The notes: a model not told the origin generated them from the letters alone. A stretch of DNA of 64,000 nt from an uncultured delta proteobacterium (GCA_963787125.1 CAWBBV010000006.1:192001-256000); one strand, 5' to 3'. Positions 31,348-42,583 are shown, counted from the first letter of the stretch. Numbers and translations are program-made.

Positions 31348-31942
31348 AGAGACCCTTCTCCTTTAGCAATGCAACGAAATGCTCAATGTTTGGTTTCAGC
31401 CGACTTTCTGCCACGTCATAGCTGACCATCTCATTGAAGTGCTCAATAAGCCCTGTTATGGATAAATCGGCTATATGGGCTTCAGCCAGAGCAAGGCAAT
31501 CCGCAAAATCGACTCTTGTCCCACGCATCAGCTTACTGGAAATCAGATCATAGTCGTTTAGGATGCCGATATAAAGGTGTGAGTACTCTTTTAAGAGAGT
31601 GTGCCTCCCCTCTTCCAATGGAGATGTCAGCAGCCCGGTTGTATGAATGGAGTTCCCACGAAAGATATCAAACTGAAATTGTTCCCCTGGTCGCTGCCAG
31701 CCCGCATGAGTTACCGGTTCATAATCCAACGCCTTGAGATTGTATATTAAATACTTATACTCACTGATACTCGGAACCATGAAATCTACATCTTTCGTCG
31801 ACGGTTTGACTCCAAGCAGGGTCATGGCTGTTCCACCACAAGCGATCAGGTGAACTTTGCGTCTGAGGACGCGGTTCCACTCCTCCATAATCTCAAGCAG
31901 CTGGTTTCTGTTTAGCCTGTAGTCCATTTTGTAGTTATCCAT
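31340..31942 (-). CDS. Nucleotidyltransferase (DUF6036/AbiEii-like)
   Basis: CGGTAM...TKDVDF signature, SSKLMR. Confidence 0.75.
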   Translation of the reverse strand: MDNYKMDYRLNRNQLLEIMEEWNRVLRRKVHLIACGGTAMTLLGVKPSTKDVDFMVPSISEYKYLIYNLKALDYEPVTHAGWQRPGEQFQFDIFRGNSIHTTGLLTSPLEEGRHTLLKEYSHLYIGILNDYDLISSKLMRGTRVDFADCLALAEAHIADLSITGLIEHFNEMVSYDVAESRLKPNIEHFVALLKEKGLYE

Positions 31943-32243
31943 ACAATATTTTGTACTTATTCATACAAACTCTTGTACAGTATTATACATTTAAACAATA
32001 TTATTCAAGCTCAATTTGTGAGTTCCGGTTATCCCTTGTCTTGAGTGAAGTGGTAATGTCTGCCTTACCTCCAAACGAGTTACGAAGGTCAAGCGGTATC
32101 CATTGCCGATAATAAAAGTGACCATTACGGTTAAGCAAATGCTTAGACATAAAAAAAACCTGCCTTCGGCACAGTCGTTAAACTGTGACAAAAACAGGTT
32201 CTCTCTAGTCGAAATCAAGCTAACTTATTGATTTCATTATTAT

Positions 32244-32330
32244 TGGTGCGGTGGAATGGACTCGAACCATCACAGGGTTGCCCCCGCCAGCCCCTCAAGC
32301 TGGTGCGTCTACCAATTCCGCCACCACCGC
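32244..32330 (-). tRNA. tRNA-Leu(GAG)
   Basis: 87-nt cloverleaf GCGGTGG...CCACCGCACCA; anticodon arm CCAGC-TTGAGGG-GCTGG; long variable arm; GTTCGA. Confidence 0.97.
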
Positions 32331-32417
32331 ACAAAGAGGATATTCTGTTGTCAAACTGTCCTGCAAAAAGAAATGAATATGTACCTTAAGACAGCTGTTG
32401 CTGTCAACAAAAAACTG

Positions 32418-32792
32418 CTACTTTGCCGGTGCAGCCGGTGCCGGGGCTGGCTGGACAGGAGCAGTACCCTGGGGAGCGGCAGGTGCTGCCGGAGCTGTCT
32501 GCTGAGCCGGGGCAGCCGCTGGTGCCGGAGCAGATTTTCCTGACATTATCGAGGAACTTCTCCCGGTTGAAGAGAGATGAGCCAGGGTAAGTGAGGTCAG
32601 CATGAAGATTACCGCTGCGCCTGTTGTCATTTTGTTCATGAAGGTGTTGCCGCCACTGGCGCCGAAAACAGTCTGGCTGCCGCCTGCACCAAAGGATGCG
32701 CCCATTTCTGCGCCCTTGCCCGACTGCAGCAGAACAATCCCTATCAAAGCGACACTGACAAAAATATGAAGAACTATGAGTACGTAATACAT
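32418..32792 (-). CDS. secG: Preprotein translocase subunit SecG
   Basis: VLLQSGKGAEMGASFG motif; position after tpiA. Confidence 0.95.
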   Translation of the reverse strand: MYYVLIVLHIFVSVALIGIVLLQSGKGAEMGASFGAGGSQTVFGASGGNTFMNKMTTGAAVIFMLTSLTLAHLSSTGRSSSIMSGKSAPAPAAAPAQQTAPAAPAAPQGTAPVQPAPAPAAPAK

Positions 32793-32859
32793 AAGTTTTT
32801 TCCTTTATTGTCCCGTAACGGGATTAAATTAAATAACACAACAAACACAAAAAACAAAG

Positions 32860-33618
32860 TTATTTTTGCGCAGCGTTAACCAGAGCGGCAAATGAATCCG
32901 CTTTGAGACTTGCTCCACCCACAAGAGCACCGTCAATGTCCGGTCTGGCTATCAGCCCGGCAATATTATCCGGTTTGACGCTGCCGCCATAAAGAATCCG
33001 CATATTGTCAGCCGCAGCGGTGGTGTACAGTTTCTTGAGTTCAGCGCGGATAAAGGCGTGAGCCTCCTGAGCCTGGTCGTCAGAAGCTGTCTTGCCGGTG
33101 CCGATCGCCCAGACAGGCTCATAAGCCACAATGACGCTGGCGAGATCTGTTTCGGGAACTGCTGTCAACCCGCCTTTAATCTGCCTTGCCAGGACATCAA
33201 AGGTGCGGTCGCTTTCACGTTCGGCCAGAGTTTCGCCGATACAGAGTAGCACAGTCAGTCCGGCAGCAACTGCCGCCTTGAGCTTTTTGTTAACGGTATC
33301 GTCGGTTTCGCCGAAATACTGGCGGCGCTCCGAATGGCCGATGATGACATGACTGCAGCCTGCATCCAGCAGCATTTTCGGGGAGATCTCCCCGGTAAAG
33401 GCGCCTTCTGCTTCCCAGTAGCAATCCTGGGCTGAGAGTTTAACATTGCTGCCGGTGATGACGCTGTTGACGCTGTCCAGTACGGTGAATACCGGGGCGA
33501 CGACTATTTCAACATTATCGGCGGCGGCGACAAGCGGGAGCAACCCGCTGACCAGCTCGACAGCCTCTGCTTTAGTTTTAAAAAGTTTCCAGTTACCGGC
33601 GATTACAGGTTTACGCAT
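32860..33618 (-). CDS. tpiA: Triosephosphate isomerase
   Basis: [29 protein letters not shown]. Confidence 0.98.
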   Translation of the reverse strand: MRKPVIAGNWKLFKTKAEAVELVSGLLPLVAAADNVEIVVAPVFTVLDSVNSVITGSNVKLSAQDCYWEAEGAFTGEISPKMLLDAGCSHVIIGHSERRQYFGETDDTVNKKLKAAVAAGLTVLLCIGETLAERESDRTFDVLARQIKGGLTAVPETDLASVIVAYEPVWAIGTGKTASDDQAQEAHAFIRAELKKLYTTAAADNMRILYGGSVKPDNIAGLIARPDIDGALVGGASLKADSFAALVNAAQK

Positions 33619-33627
33619 TGAATCCTC

Positions 33628-34825
33628 CTATTTAACCTTTACGTCGAGAGCTTTGACTCCCGGCAGCACTTTACCTTCCAACAGTTCCAGAAAAGCGCCG
33701 CCACCGGTGGAGATGTAGCTGACCTTGCCGGCTACGCCGGCCTTGTGGACAGCAGCATCAGTATCGCCGCCGCCGATAACGGTCGTGGCATAGCAGTTAC
33801 CGACTGACTCGGCCACCGAGAAAGTACCGCGGGCAAAAGCGTCCATTTCAAACACTCCCATCGGTCCGTTCCAGATAACGGTCTTGGCATCACGAAGCGT
33901 TTCGCTGAAAAGTGTCGCCGAGGCCGGGCCGATATCCAGCGCCATCCACCCTTCGGGGATCTCCTGAACGGTCGTTATGAAGTTGGTGGCTGTCGCTTCA
34001 AAAGCGTTGGCAACGACGCAGTCAACCGGCAGGTAAAAGGTTACGCCCCGTTTTTTAGCCTTGTCCATAATCTTTTTGGCGGTCGCGATCAGTTCGTCCT
34101 CTACCAGCGACTTGCCGACCGAATACCCCATGGCTTTGAGAAAGGTAAAGGCCATGCCGCCGCCGATAACAATCTTGTCGACCTTGTTGACCAGTTTTTC
34201 CAGCACTTCAAGCTTGCCGGAAACTTTAGCCCCGCCAAGAATCGCCACCAGCGGCCGCACCGGATTGCTCATTGCTTTATCGAAAAAGGTCATTTCGTTT
34301 TTCATCAGAAAGCCGGCAGCGATGGTCGGAATGATCTTTGTGATGGCCTCGACCGAGGCATGGGCGCGGTGGGAAACGGCAAAAGCGTCGTTGACGTAGA
34401 TTTCGCAGCCGTTGACCAGCTGAGCGGCAAAGGCCGGATCATTCTTCTCTTCTCCAGGGTAAAAACGGACATTCTCCAGCATGACGACTTCGCCAGGTTT
34501 CATGGCGGCAATGAGAGCGTCAACTTCAGGGCCGAAGCAGTCAGGCGCCTGGGTAACTTTTTTGCCGAGGAGCTGGGCAAGCCTTTTGGAGGCCGGAGCC
34601 ATGGTGATACTTGGCCTTTTTCTCCCCTTTGGGACGTCCGAGATGTGATGCAAGCATCACTTTGGCTCCCTGTTCGATGGCATATTTGATCGTCGGGACA
34701 GCACCGGCAATCCGGCTGTCTTCGGTGATGTTTCCCTTGTCATCCTGGGGGATATTAAAGTCAACCCGGATGAAGACCTTCTTCCCTTTCAAGTCCTTGA
34801 GCTGGTCGATATAACGGATAGGCAT
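33628..34825 (-). CDS. pgk: Phosphoglycerate kinase (apparent +1 base at ~34606)
   Basis: RVDFN and SHLGRP in one frame; LENVRF, WNGPMG, STGGGA in the next. Confidence 0.95.
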
Positions 34826-34845
34826 AAAAACCTCCTTGGTAGAAT

Positions 34846-34873
34846 AAAAAAAGAGGGGGAACATGTCCCCCTC
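34846..34873 (-). terminator. Intrinsic terminator-like hairpin between gap and pgk
   Basis: GAGGGGGA-loop-TCCCCCTC followed by a T run on the minus strand. Confidence 0.65.
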
Positions 34874-34893
34874 CGTCTGCTTGCCAACTGCTG

Positions 34894-35943
<1,050 letters not shown>

Positions 35944-36143
35944 CTAAATAATATACAAATCTTTAGTTCATCGTCAATGGTTTTCCTTAAAAAATTCATA
36001 TATGCACAGCAGGGCAACACGAACAACTCCTGCTCAGCAGCCGGTCATCTGTAAATTTCCGGCAGCAGCAACCTCTGCTGCCTGGTCTACCTTCGGATCC
36101 GGGCCGTTACTTGAAGGGGCAGCTCTTGTTGCGTACTTTGGTT

Positions 36144-39100
36144 TCAATTCTGAATAACGATGCCGTCGAAGCTGACAGTTCCGGCGGTGATCGTGATGGA
36201 ACCGTGAACCGTGGACAGCCCGGAAGCGGTCGTAAACCCGGCATCATAGCCGCCGATCAGGGTATATGTTACTGCCCGGTCCAGGGTCAGCACTTCGTAA
36301 AAATCACCGGTCATCAGGGCAAGATCACCACCTTCCAGAACATTAATCAGACCGTCGCTGACTGTCCCAAAAGTGACGCCGTTCGCCTTGACACTCCCCC
36401 CGGGCACCAGAGTGTAGCCGGTGCCGCTAAGGGTGATATCGGTATTGGGTGCGTTGACATCACTGGCGGAGACCCTTAGCGTAGTGCTCTTTGCGCCGCT
36501 GCTGGTGGGGCTGAAGCTGACTGTCAGCGTGCAGCTTGTGCCCGGTTCCAGGCCCGGCGTCAGCGTACCGCAGGTGCCGCCGGCGCCGTTGCCCGGGTTG
36601 ATGCTGTACTGGCCGGAAGCTGCCCCGGTCAGCACCATGGCGCTGATTTGCAGCGCACGGGAACCGTTGGCGGCGGTGTTGCTGATGGAGATGGTTTGAC
36701 TGACCGTCCCCCCGCTGGCGATATTGCCGAAATCTTTGGACAAAGGTGAAACCGCAATAACAGGATTACCGGACTGGCCGCCGCGAACCGGCCAGACATA
36801 GCCGACGTTGGTCCTGCCGTCGGCGTAGGTGAGGCCGTAATCCATACTGACGCCCCAGGCGCTGGTAGTACCGCCAGCGTTGATACTGGACGACCAGTAG
36901 AAGTACGCCTGAACATCAGTAAACAGGTTATTATTCAGCCAGGTACCCGGGCTGTTTTCCGCTTTATTGAGCAGACTGCCAATTTCACTGATATTGGGAA
37001 GCCGCCAGTCACTATGCCCCTGATAGTTACTGTTGTTCAGGCCATTAATATAATTCAGTGCGCCTTGCCAGGTTTTAGTCGGGTGAATAACACCTGCAAT
37101 ATTGCCGCTCTTGCTCCATATCAGACCGGTCAGGTTATCAGTTACCGACTGATCGCCGTTATCGGAAAACCTGGGGGTTGGCCAGGCCGCGCCAAGCTGT
37201 AACTCACCATCCTGTCCTGTGCCACTGCAGGATACGGCCAGATTGGACGCGTTGTAGCAGGTGGTCTGCCCGGTTTTCGCAATAACCGGATCACCGGACA
37301 ATCCGGACTGTCCGCCGCGAACCGGCCAGACATAAAAGTTGAGGGTCTTGGTGTTCATGCCCACGTAGCCATTGTTCATAGCGACGCCCCAGGCGTAGAT
37401 GGCAAGGCCGGCGACGGTACTGGACGACCAGTAGAAGTTAGCGCTGGCGGCGGTAAAACCACCACTGTTCAACCAGTCAGCCTGATTTCCCGCCCCGCGA
37501 CTGATCAAGCTCTGCAGCTCATTAATATCAGGCAGGCGCCAGTCATTGTGCCCCTGATAGTTACTGCCGTTAAGATTCTTGATATAGTCCAGCGCTTCAT
37601 GCCAGTTTTTTGTGCCACTGGCAATATTCCCGTTCTTGCTCCAGATCAGCCCGCTCAGGTTGTCGGTTACCGTCTGGTCACCATTATCCGTAATGCGGGG
37701 GACGGGCGCAACAAGGCCCATCCGCAGCTCCCCGTCCTGGCCGGTCCCTGCGCAGCCGGTGGGTGCACCGGCTGCGTCGAAACAGGCGCTCTGGCCGGTC
37801 TGGGGGATCTGCACGACAGCACCCCCCTGCTTATAGGCGACACAGTCTGCATCCGGGCCGTTGCTTGCTCCCTGGCAGATCCAGCTCCAGGGGCCGGTAC
37901 CTGTGACGCTGGTCGGTGTGCCGGAGTTGCAGAGATTGGCTGCCGGTGCAGTGGTGACTATGGAAGTGTGGCTGCTGCCGCAGGTCTGGATAAAGGTGGC
38001 AGTAACTGCTTTTGCAGCGTCCATGGTGAGCTGACAGCTGCCACTACCGCTGCAGGGGCTGCTCCAGCCGCTAAAGCTGTAGCCGGCTGCTGCGGTGGCC
38101 GTCAGGGTGACAGCGGTATCGATATCGAAGGACTGGCTGCAGCTGCCGCGGCAGTCCACGCCTGGCGGCTTGGGAAGGACTGTCACCTTCTCGTCACCAC
38201 TGCCGGCAAAGGTGATGGTCAGCGGGTAGGTGATCGTGGTGAAGGTGAAGCCGACGGTGCAGTTGGCCGTGACAGCGCCGGTGGTGTAATCGTTACCGTT
38301 CCAGGAGCCTGGCGGGCAGTCGCCGCTGACACTGCCTGCCGGCTGATAGGTGGCAGCCGGGGTCAGAGTGAAAGTCGCGCCGGCGCCGCTTGCCACGGTA
38401 AGCGGATTGGTGGTGGCGATAGTGCCGTTGCCGCCACTGACGCTGGCGGTGGCAGTGTAGTACATGACCCCTGTTCCGGACAGCGCGATATCGATGTTGG
38501 GCGCATTCGCATCACTGCCGGAAACCCGCAAAGTGGCGCTTTTGGCACCGGCGCTCGTCGGGCTGAAGCTGACCGCGACGGTGCAGGAAGCGCCAGGGGG
38601 GAGCAGCGGCGTTTTGCTGCCGCAGCTGCCGCCGGTACCGTCACCAGGATTTATATTGAACTGGCCGGGATCGGTACCGCGCAAGTCGATGGCGCTAAGT
38701 TGCAGCTTGCTGGCGCCACCAGCAGCGCTGTTACTGACCGTAACAGTCTGGCTGCTACTGCTGCTGACCGCAACATCACCATATGTGCCGGCTGCAGGCA
38801 GAACCGAAATAACCGGATTACCGAACAGCCCCCCGCGAACCGGCCAGACATAGTGTCCGCTGGCCTTAAGGTAGCTGTAGACGGTGCCATTGTCCAGATT
38901 GACAACCCAGGCGGAGGTAGTACTGCCAGCGTAGGTAGTGGACGACCAGTAGTGCGCCTGGACGGCATTAAAAGGATGACCGTCAGGCAGTGCAGGGGTG
39001 TATTTTGAGGCGTCTAACAGGCTCTGCAACTCCGTGCGATCAGGCAGACGCCAGTCAGCGGCGCTGGAGCCGTCGGTCAGACTGCAATTGCCACTCGCCA

Positions 39101-39419
39101 GACCGTTACTCCAGGTGAGGGCATTGGCCCAGGTGAGGGAGCCGCTTGCCTTGACTATCCCGCCGACAGTGTCAGTACAGTCGGCGTTCAAAAGCCATAT
39201 AAGGCCGGTGAGATTATCGCTCACCGTGCCGTTGCCATTCGAGGTAAAGCGGGAAGCCGGCCAGGGGAGACCGGGTTTTAAATCCCCATCGTCACCTGGG
39301 TCATATGTTACGCTCTGGCCGGTTTCCGGAACAACGGCTTGCAGCGCCAGGGCTGAACCGTAATCAAGTAACAGGCTGCCGGCAAGTAAACAGCTCAGAA
39401 GAAAATATCTGTGATTCAT
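36144..39419 (-). CDS. Secreted multidomain protein: three DUF1566/Lcl domains, two Ig-like (ASH/choice-of-anchor D) domains, InlB-B-like repeat
   Basis: Three D-N-L-[TS]-G-L-I-W...WRLP...YWSS...VWPVRGG units; SFSPTSxGAKSxTL repeats; signal peptide. Confidence 0.85.
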   Translation of the reverse strand: MNHRYFLLSCLLAGSLLLDYGSALALQAVVPETGQSVTYDPGDDGDLKPGLPWPASRFTSNGNGTVSDNLTGLIWLLNADCTDTVGGIVKASGSLTWANALTWSNGLASGNCSLTDGSSAADWRLPDRTELQSLLDASKYTPALPDGHPFNAVQAHYWSSTTYAGSTTSAWVVNLDNGTVYSYLKASGHYVWPVRGGLFGNPVISVLPAAGTYGDVAVSSSSSQTVTVSNSAAGGASKLQLSAIDLRGTDPGQFNINPGDGTGGSCGSKTPLLPPGASCTVAVSFSPTSAGAKSATLRVSGSDANAPNIDIALSGTGVMYYTATASVSGGNGTIATTNPLTVASGAGATFTLTPAATYQPAGSVSGDCPPGSWNGNDYTTGAVTANCTVGFTFTTITYPLTITFAGSGDEKVTVLPKPPGVDCRGSCSQSFDIDTAVTLTATAAAGYSFSGWSSPCSGSGSCQLTMDAAKAVTATFIQTCGSSHTSIVTTAPAANLCNSGTPTSVTGTGPWSWICQGASNGPDADCVAYKQGGAVVQIPQTGQSACFDAAGAPTGCAGTGQDGELRMGLVAPVPRITDNGDQTVTDNLSGLIWSKNGNIASGTKNWHEALDYIKNLNGSNYQGHNDWRLPDINELQSLISRGAGNQADWLNSGGFTAASANFYWSSSTVAGLAIYAWGVAMNNGYVGMNTKTLNFYVWPVRGGQSGLSGDPVIAKTGQTTCYNASNLAVSCSGTGQDGELQLGAAWPTPRFSDNGDQSVTDNLTGLIWSKSGNIAGVIHPTKTWQGALNYINGLNNSNYQGHSDWRLPNISEIGSLLNKAENSPGTWLNNNLFTDVQAYFYWSSSINAGGTTSAWGVSMDYGLTYADGRTNVGYVWPVRGGQSGNPVIAVSPLSKDFGNIASGGTVSQTISISNTAANGSRALQISAMVLTGAASGQYSINPGNGAGGTCGTLTPGLEPGTSCTLTVSFSPTSSGAKSTTLRVSASDVNAPNTDITLSGTGYTLVPGGSVKANGVTFGTVSDGLINVLEGGDLALMTGDFYEVLTLDRAVTYTLIGGYDAGFTTASGLSTVHGSITITAGTVSFDGIVIQN

Positions 39420-39447
39420 GAATCGTACCTCAGTAAATGACCGATAA

Positions 39448-40017
39448 CTACTGTCCGCCGCGAACAGGCCAGACATATACGCCGGAGTTAGTCTTAAAGT
39501 TGGCGTCAACGACACCACTGTTCATAGAAATGTACAATGCTTTGGCCGTATCGCCGGCGTAGGTAGTGGACGACCAGTAGGAGTCCGCCTGGACGGCACT
39601 GAAGGGGTGACCGGTCGGCAGCGCCGGATTGGACTTTGAAGCATCCACCAGGCTTTCCAGCTCCAGGCGGGTGGGGAGCCGCCACTGACCGGCGGCAGAG
39701 CTGTCAGAAAGCCCGCAGGCGCCACTCGCCAGGCTGTTGGCGCTGGCAAGTGCGTTCACCCATGCCTGAGAGCCATAACAGTTGGCATTCTGCAGCCAGA
39801 CAAGGCCGGTCAAGTTATCGGTAACCGCGCCGTTTGCAGCGGTAAAGCGCTGTGCCGGCCACGGCAGACCAGCTTGTACCGCGCCGTCATCACCGCTGGC
39901 ATAGCTGCTTGTCTGGCCGCTGCGGGGGAGGTTGATCTCCGCTGAATGGAGGGTGGAAAATGTTGCAAGGAGCATCAAAACTGTACAGACCAGGATGGGA
40001 ACGATCTTTTGCAGCAT
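39448..40017 (-). CDS. Secreted single DUF1566/Lcl domain protein
   Basis: DNLTGLVW, WRLPT, YWSST, VWPVRGGQ*; signal peptide. Confidence 0.85.
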   Translation of the reverse strand: MLQKIVPILVCTVLMLLATFSTLHSAEINLPRSGQTSSYASGDDGAVQAGLPWPAQRFTAANGAVTDNLTGLVWLQNANCYGSQAWVNALASANSLASGACGLSDSSAAGQWRLPTRLELESLVDASKSNPALPTGHPFSAVQADSYWSSTTYAGDTAKALYISMNSGVVDANFKTNSGVYVWPVRGGQ

Positions 40018-40423
40018 GGGGTTGAACCTCTTTGCAGAAGGAATAGTGACACGAAAAACCATGTAAGGACTCGTCCCTTGCAGACACTGACGAAGCTGTA
40101 GAAATAAATCCAGCCGTGCAGATCCACAACCAAGGAGGTGAGTCGGCAGAATGTTAGCATATTTGCTGAATTTTCGACTCTTTTTTTGCTGGGTTTATCG
40201 AGCCTAAGCGGGACATCCCGGTAAAATGTCTGACAGGCAGGAATTACACCAGCCTGATAATTTTACTGAATTTTTCATCAGGAAGATTAGCAGTGGAACT
40301 CGTGTAACATCAGTTTTCATCTTGAACAAAAAGCCTTGATACGGTATAAATTTTGATTCACTCTATCTTGCTTGTTTAAACTTGAATCCGTCTATTCAAA
40401 AAGAGCAACGCTCGGAGAATTTA

Positions 40424-41194
40424 TTGAAAATCAGCATACTTGCCAGTGGCAGCAAGGGGAACGCCGTCTATATTGAGACCGGTGAAACGCGCCTTTTGAT
40501 TGACGCCGGCCTGTCGGCTACCGAGATTATCAAGCGTCTCGCCGTCATCGGTGTTGAAAGTTCCAGCATCCATGGCATCCTCATCAGTCACGATCACTCC
40601 GATCACACCAGAGGCGCAGGCATTCTGGCAAGGAAGCTGAAGATTCCTGTCATTATCAGTTCCCCCACCAGAGGGGCCTGCGAGCAGCTTCTGAAGAAAT
40701 GTGCCGTTACCGAATTTGAATCCGGCCGCGCCTTTGCATTCCGCGATATTGCTATCGACCCTTTTCAGACGACTCATGACGCGACTGATCCGGTCGGCTT
40801 TGTCATCGAATCTATTGAAGGTCGCTACGGTCATGTCACTGATTTCGGTATTGTTACGCGACTGGTGACCGAAAAGCTTAAAAAATCAAGAGCATTGGTA
40901 ATAGAGGCAAATCACGACGAAGAGATGCTGATGAACGGCCCCTATCCGTGGCATCTGAAGCAGCGGATAAAATCCAGGCATGGCCATATTTCCAACAATG
41001 AATCAATCGGCCTCCTGGAAGAACTGCTTCACAACCGCCTTGAAGGGGTATTTCTGGCCCATCTCTCGGAAGCGAACAACGACCCGAAGTTGCCGCGAAT
41101 TGCCGCTGAGCAGCTTCTGGCAAGGCAGAACTGTTGCAACCCACGGCTTTTTATTGCCGACCAGTATCAACCAAGCACAATGTTTGTAATATAA
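40424..41194 (+). CDS. MBL-fold metallo-hydrolase (YycJ/WalJ-like)
   Basis: ASGSKGN, HDHSDH, EANHD, GHISN, HLSE. Confidence 0.88.
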   Translation: MKISILASGSKGNAVYIETGETRLLIDAGLSATEIIKRLAVIGVESSSIHGILISHDHSDHTRGAGILARKLKIPVIISSPTRGACEQLLKKCAVTEFESGRAFAFRDIAIDPFQTTHDATDPVGFVIESIEGRYGHVTDFGIVTRLVTEKLKKSRALVIEANHDEEMLMNGPYPWHLKQRIKSRHGHISNNESIGLLEELLHNRLEGVFLAHLSEANNDPKLPRIAAEQLLARQNCCNPRLFIADQYQPSTMFVI

Positions 41195-41196
41195 AT

Positions 41197-41243
41197 TCAG
41201 GCTGAAGGTTGCAGGTTGAAGGAATAACCTTCAGCCTTCAGTC
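41197..41243. repeat. Heptamer-repeat inverted hairpin
   Basis: AGGCTGA/AGGTTGC/AGGTTGA units facing CCTTCAG x2. Confidence 0.5.
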
Positions 41244-41287
41244 TAATTACCTTTTACCAGTTACTATTATTTCAAGGAGCGTCAAAA

Positions 41288-42583
41288 ATGATTGCACGTT
41301 ACACAAGACCGGAAATGGCTAAAATATGGGAAGCTGACAACCGCTTCCGCATCTGGCTGGAGATTGAAACCCTCGCCTGCGAAGCCCAGGCAGAACTGGG
41401 AGTTATCCCGAAAGAGGTTATCCCGGTCATCCGCGCCAAAGGAAATTTCGACATCGAGCGGATTGATGCCATCGAAGCCGAAGTAAAACATGACGTTATC
41501 GCCTTCCTCACCTCTGTCGCCGAGCATGTCGGCCCGGAAGCCCGCTTTATCCACCAGGGGATGACCTCTTCCGACGTGCTGGACACCTGCCTCTCCGTGC
41601 AGATGACCCAGGCGGCCGACGAGCTGCTGGCCGATCTTGACATGCTGCTGGAATCGATAAAAGTCAGGGCCTATGAGCACAAGGATACGGTCTGCATGGG
41701 CCGCTCCCACGGTATTCATGCCGAACCGGTGACGTTTGGACTCAAGCTGGCATCCTTTCATGCCGAGATGCAGCGCAACCGGATCCGACTTGCCGCCGCC
41801 CGGGAAAACATCGCCACCGGCGCTATCTCAGGGGCTGTCGGCACCTTTGCCAATATCGACCCTTTTGTCGAGGAGTACGTCTGCGAAAAGATGGGGCTCA
41901 AACCTGAGCCGGTCTCTTCACAGGTCATCCCCCGTGATCGGCACGCCGAATACTTCTGTACCCTCGCCATTATCGCGTCGTCCATTGAACGGATCGCCAT
42001 AGAAATCCGCCACCTGCAACGAACCGAAGTGCTTGAGGCGGAAGAGCAGTTTACCAAGGGGCAGAAAGGCTCCTCAGCCATGCCGCACAAACGCAACCCG
42101 ATCCTTTCCGAGAATCTGACCGGCCAGGCGCGCTACATCCGGGCCATGTGCATCCCGGCCCTGGAAAACGTCGCCCTCTGGCATGAGCGGGACATCTCCC
42201 ATTCCTCAGTCGAGCGCTACATAGCACCGGATGCGACTGTCGCCCTTGACTTCTCCCTGCGGCGGATGAACGGACTGATCAGAAATCTCGTTGTCTACCC
42301 TGAAAATATGCTCAGGAACCTGAATCAGATGAAAGGGCTGGTCTTCTCCCAGAAGATCCTTCTCGACCTGACCCAGGCCGGCGTTTCCCGCGAAGACTCT
42401 TACCGTCTGGTACAGAAAAACGCCATGAAGGTCTGGGAGGACGGGAAGGATTTCCAGACCGAGCTGCTGGCCGACCCTGAAGTGTCAGGCGCACTCGGCG
42501 CAGCGAAGATCCTCGAATCCTTCGACCTCGGCTATCACTTAAAGCATGTAACCACCATTTTCAAGCGGGTCTTCGGTGAATAG
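41288..42583 (+). CDS. purB: Adenylosuccinate lyase
   Basis: GSSAMPHKRNP, HDVIAF, WHERDISHSS. Confidence 0.97.
   Translation: MIARYTRPEMAKIWEADNRFRIWLEIETLACEAQAELGVIPKEVIPVIRAKGNFDIERIDAIEAEVKHDVIAFLTSVAEHVGPEARFIHQGMTSSDVLDTCLSVQMTQAADELLADLDMLLESIKVRAYEHKDTVCMGRSHGIHAEPVTFGLKLASFHAEMQRNRIRLAAARENIATGAISGAVGTFANIDPFVEEYVCEKMGLKPEPVSSQVIPRDRHAEYFCTLAIIASSIERIAIEIRHLQRTEVLEAEEQFTKGQKGSSAMPHKRNPILSENLTGQARYIRAMCIPALENVALWHERDISHSSVERYIAPDATVALDFSLRRMNGLIRNLVVYPENMLRNLNQMKGLVFSQKILLDLTQAGVSREDSYRLVQKNAMKVWEDGKDFQTELLADPEVSGALGAAKILESFDLGYHLKHVTTIFKRVFGE

Larger units (their letters stand above)
14498..32295. mobile_element. tRNA-Leu-anchored genomic (defence) island, no integrase visible
   Basis: Bounded by the tRNA-derived direct repeat; rich in nucleases, TA pairs, IS and gene fragments. 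Confidence 0.8.

Noticed and set aside
33628..34825. pgk as a true pseudogene or programmed frameshift
   Set aside because: No slippery sequence, both halves are conserved, and a consensus error is more likely.
37548..39008. Long antisense ORFs (e.g. 486 aa here, also 2389-3489, 42561-43739, 44481-45473)
   Set aside because: Shadow frames of GC-rich genes, with no recognisable motifs.
40060..40380. Possible DGR template repeat or c-di-GMP riboswitch upstream of the Lcl genes
   Set aside because: No AAC-rich copy of the variable segments and no GEMM consensus on either strand.
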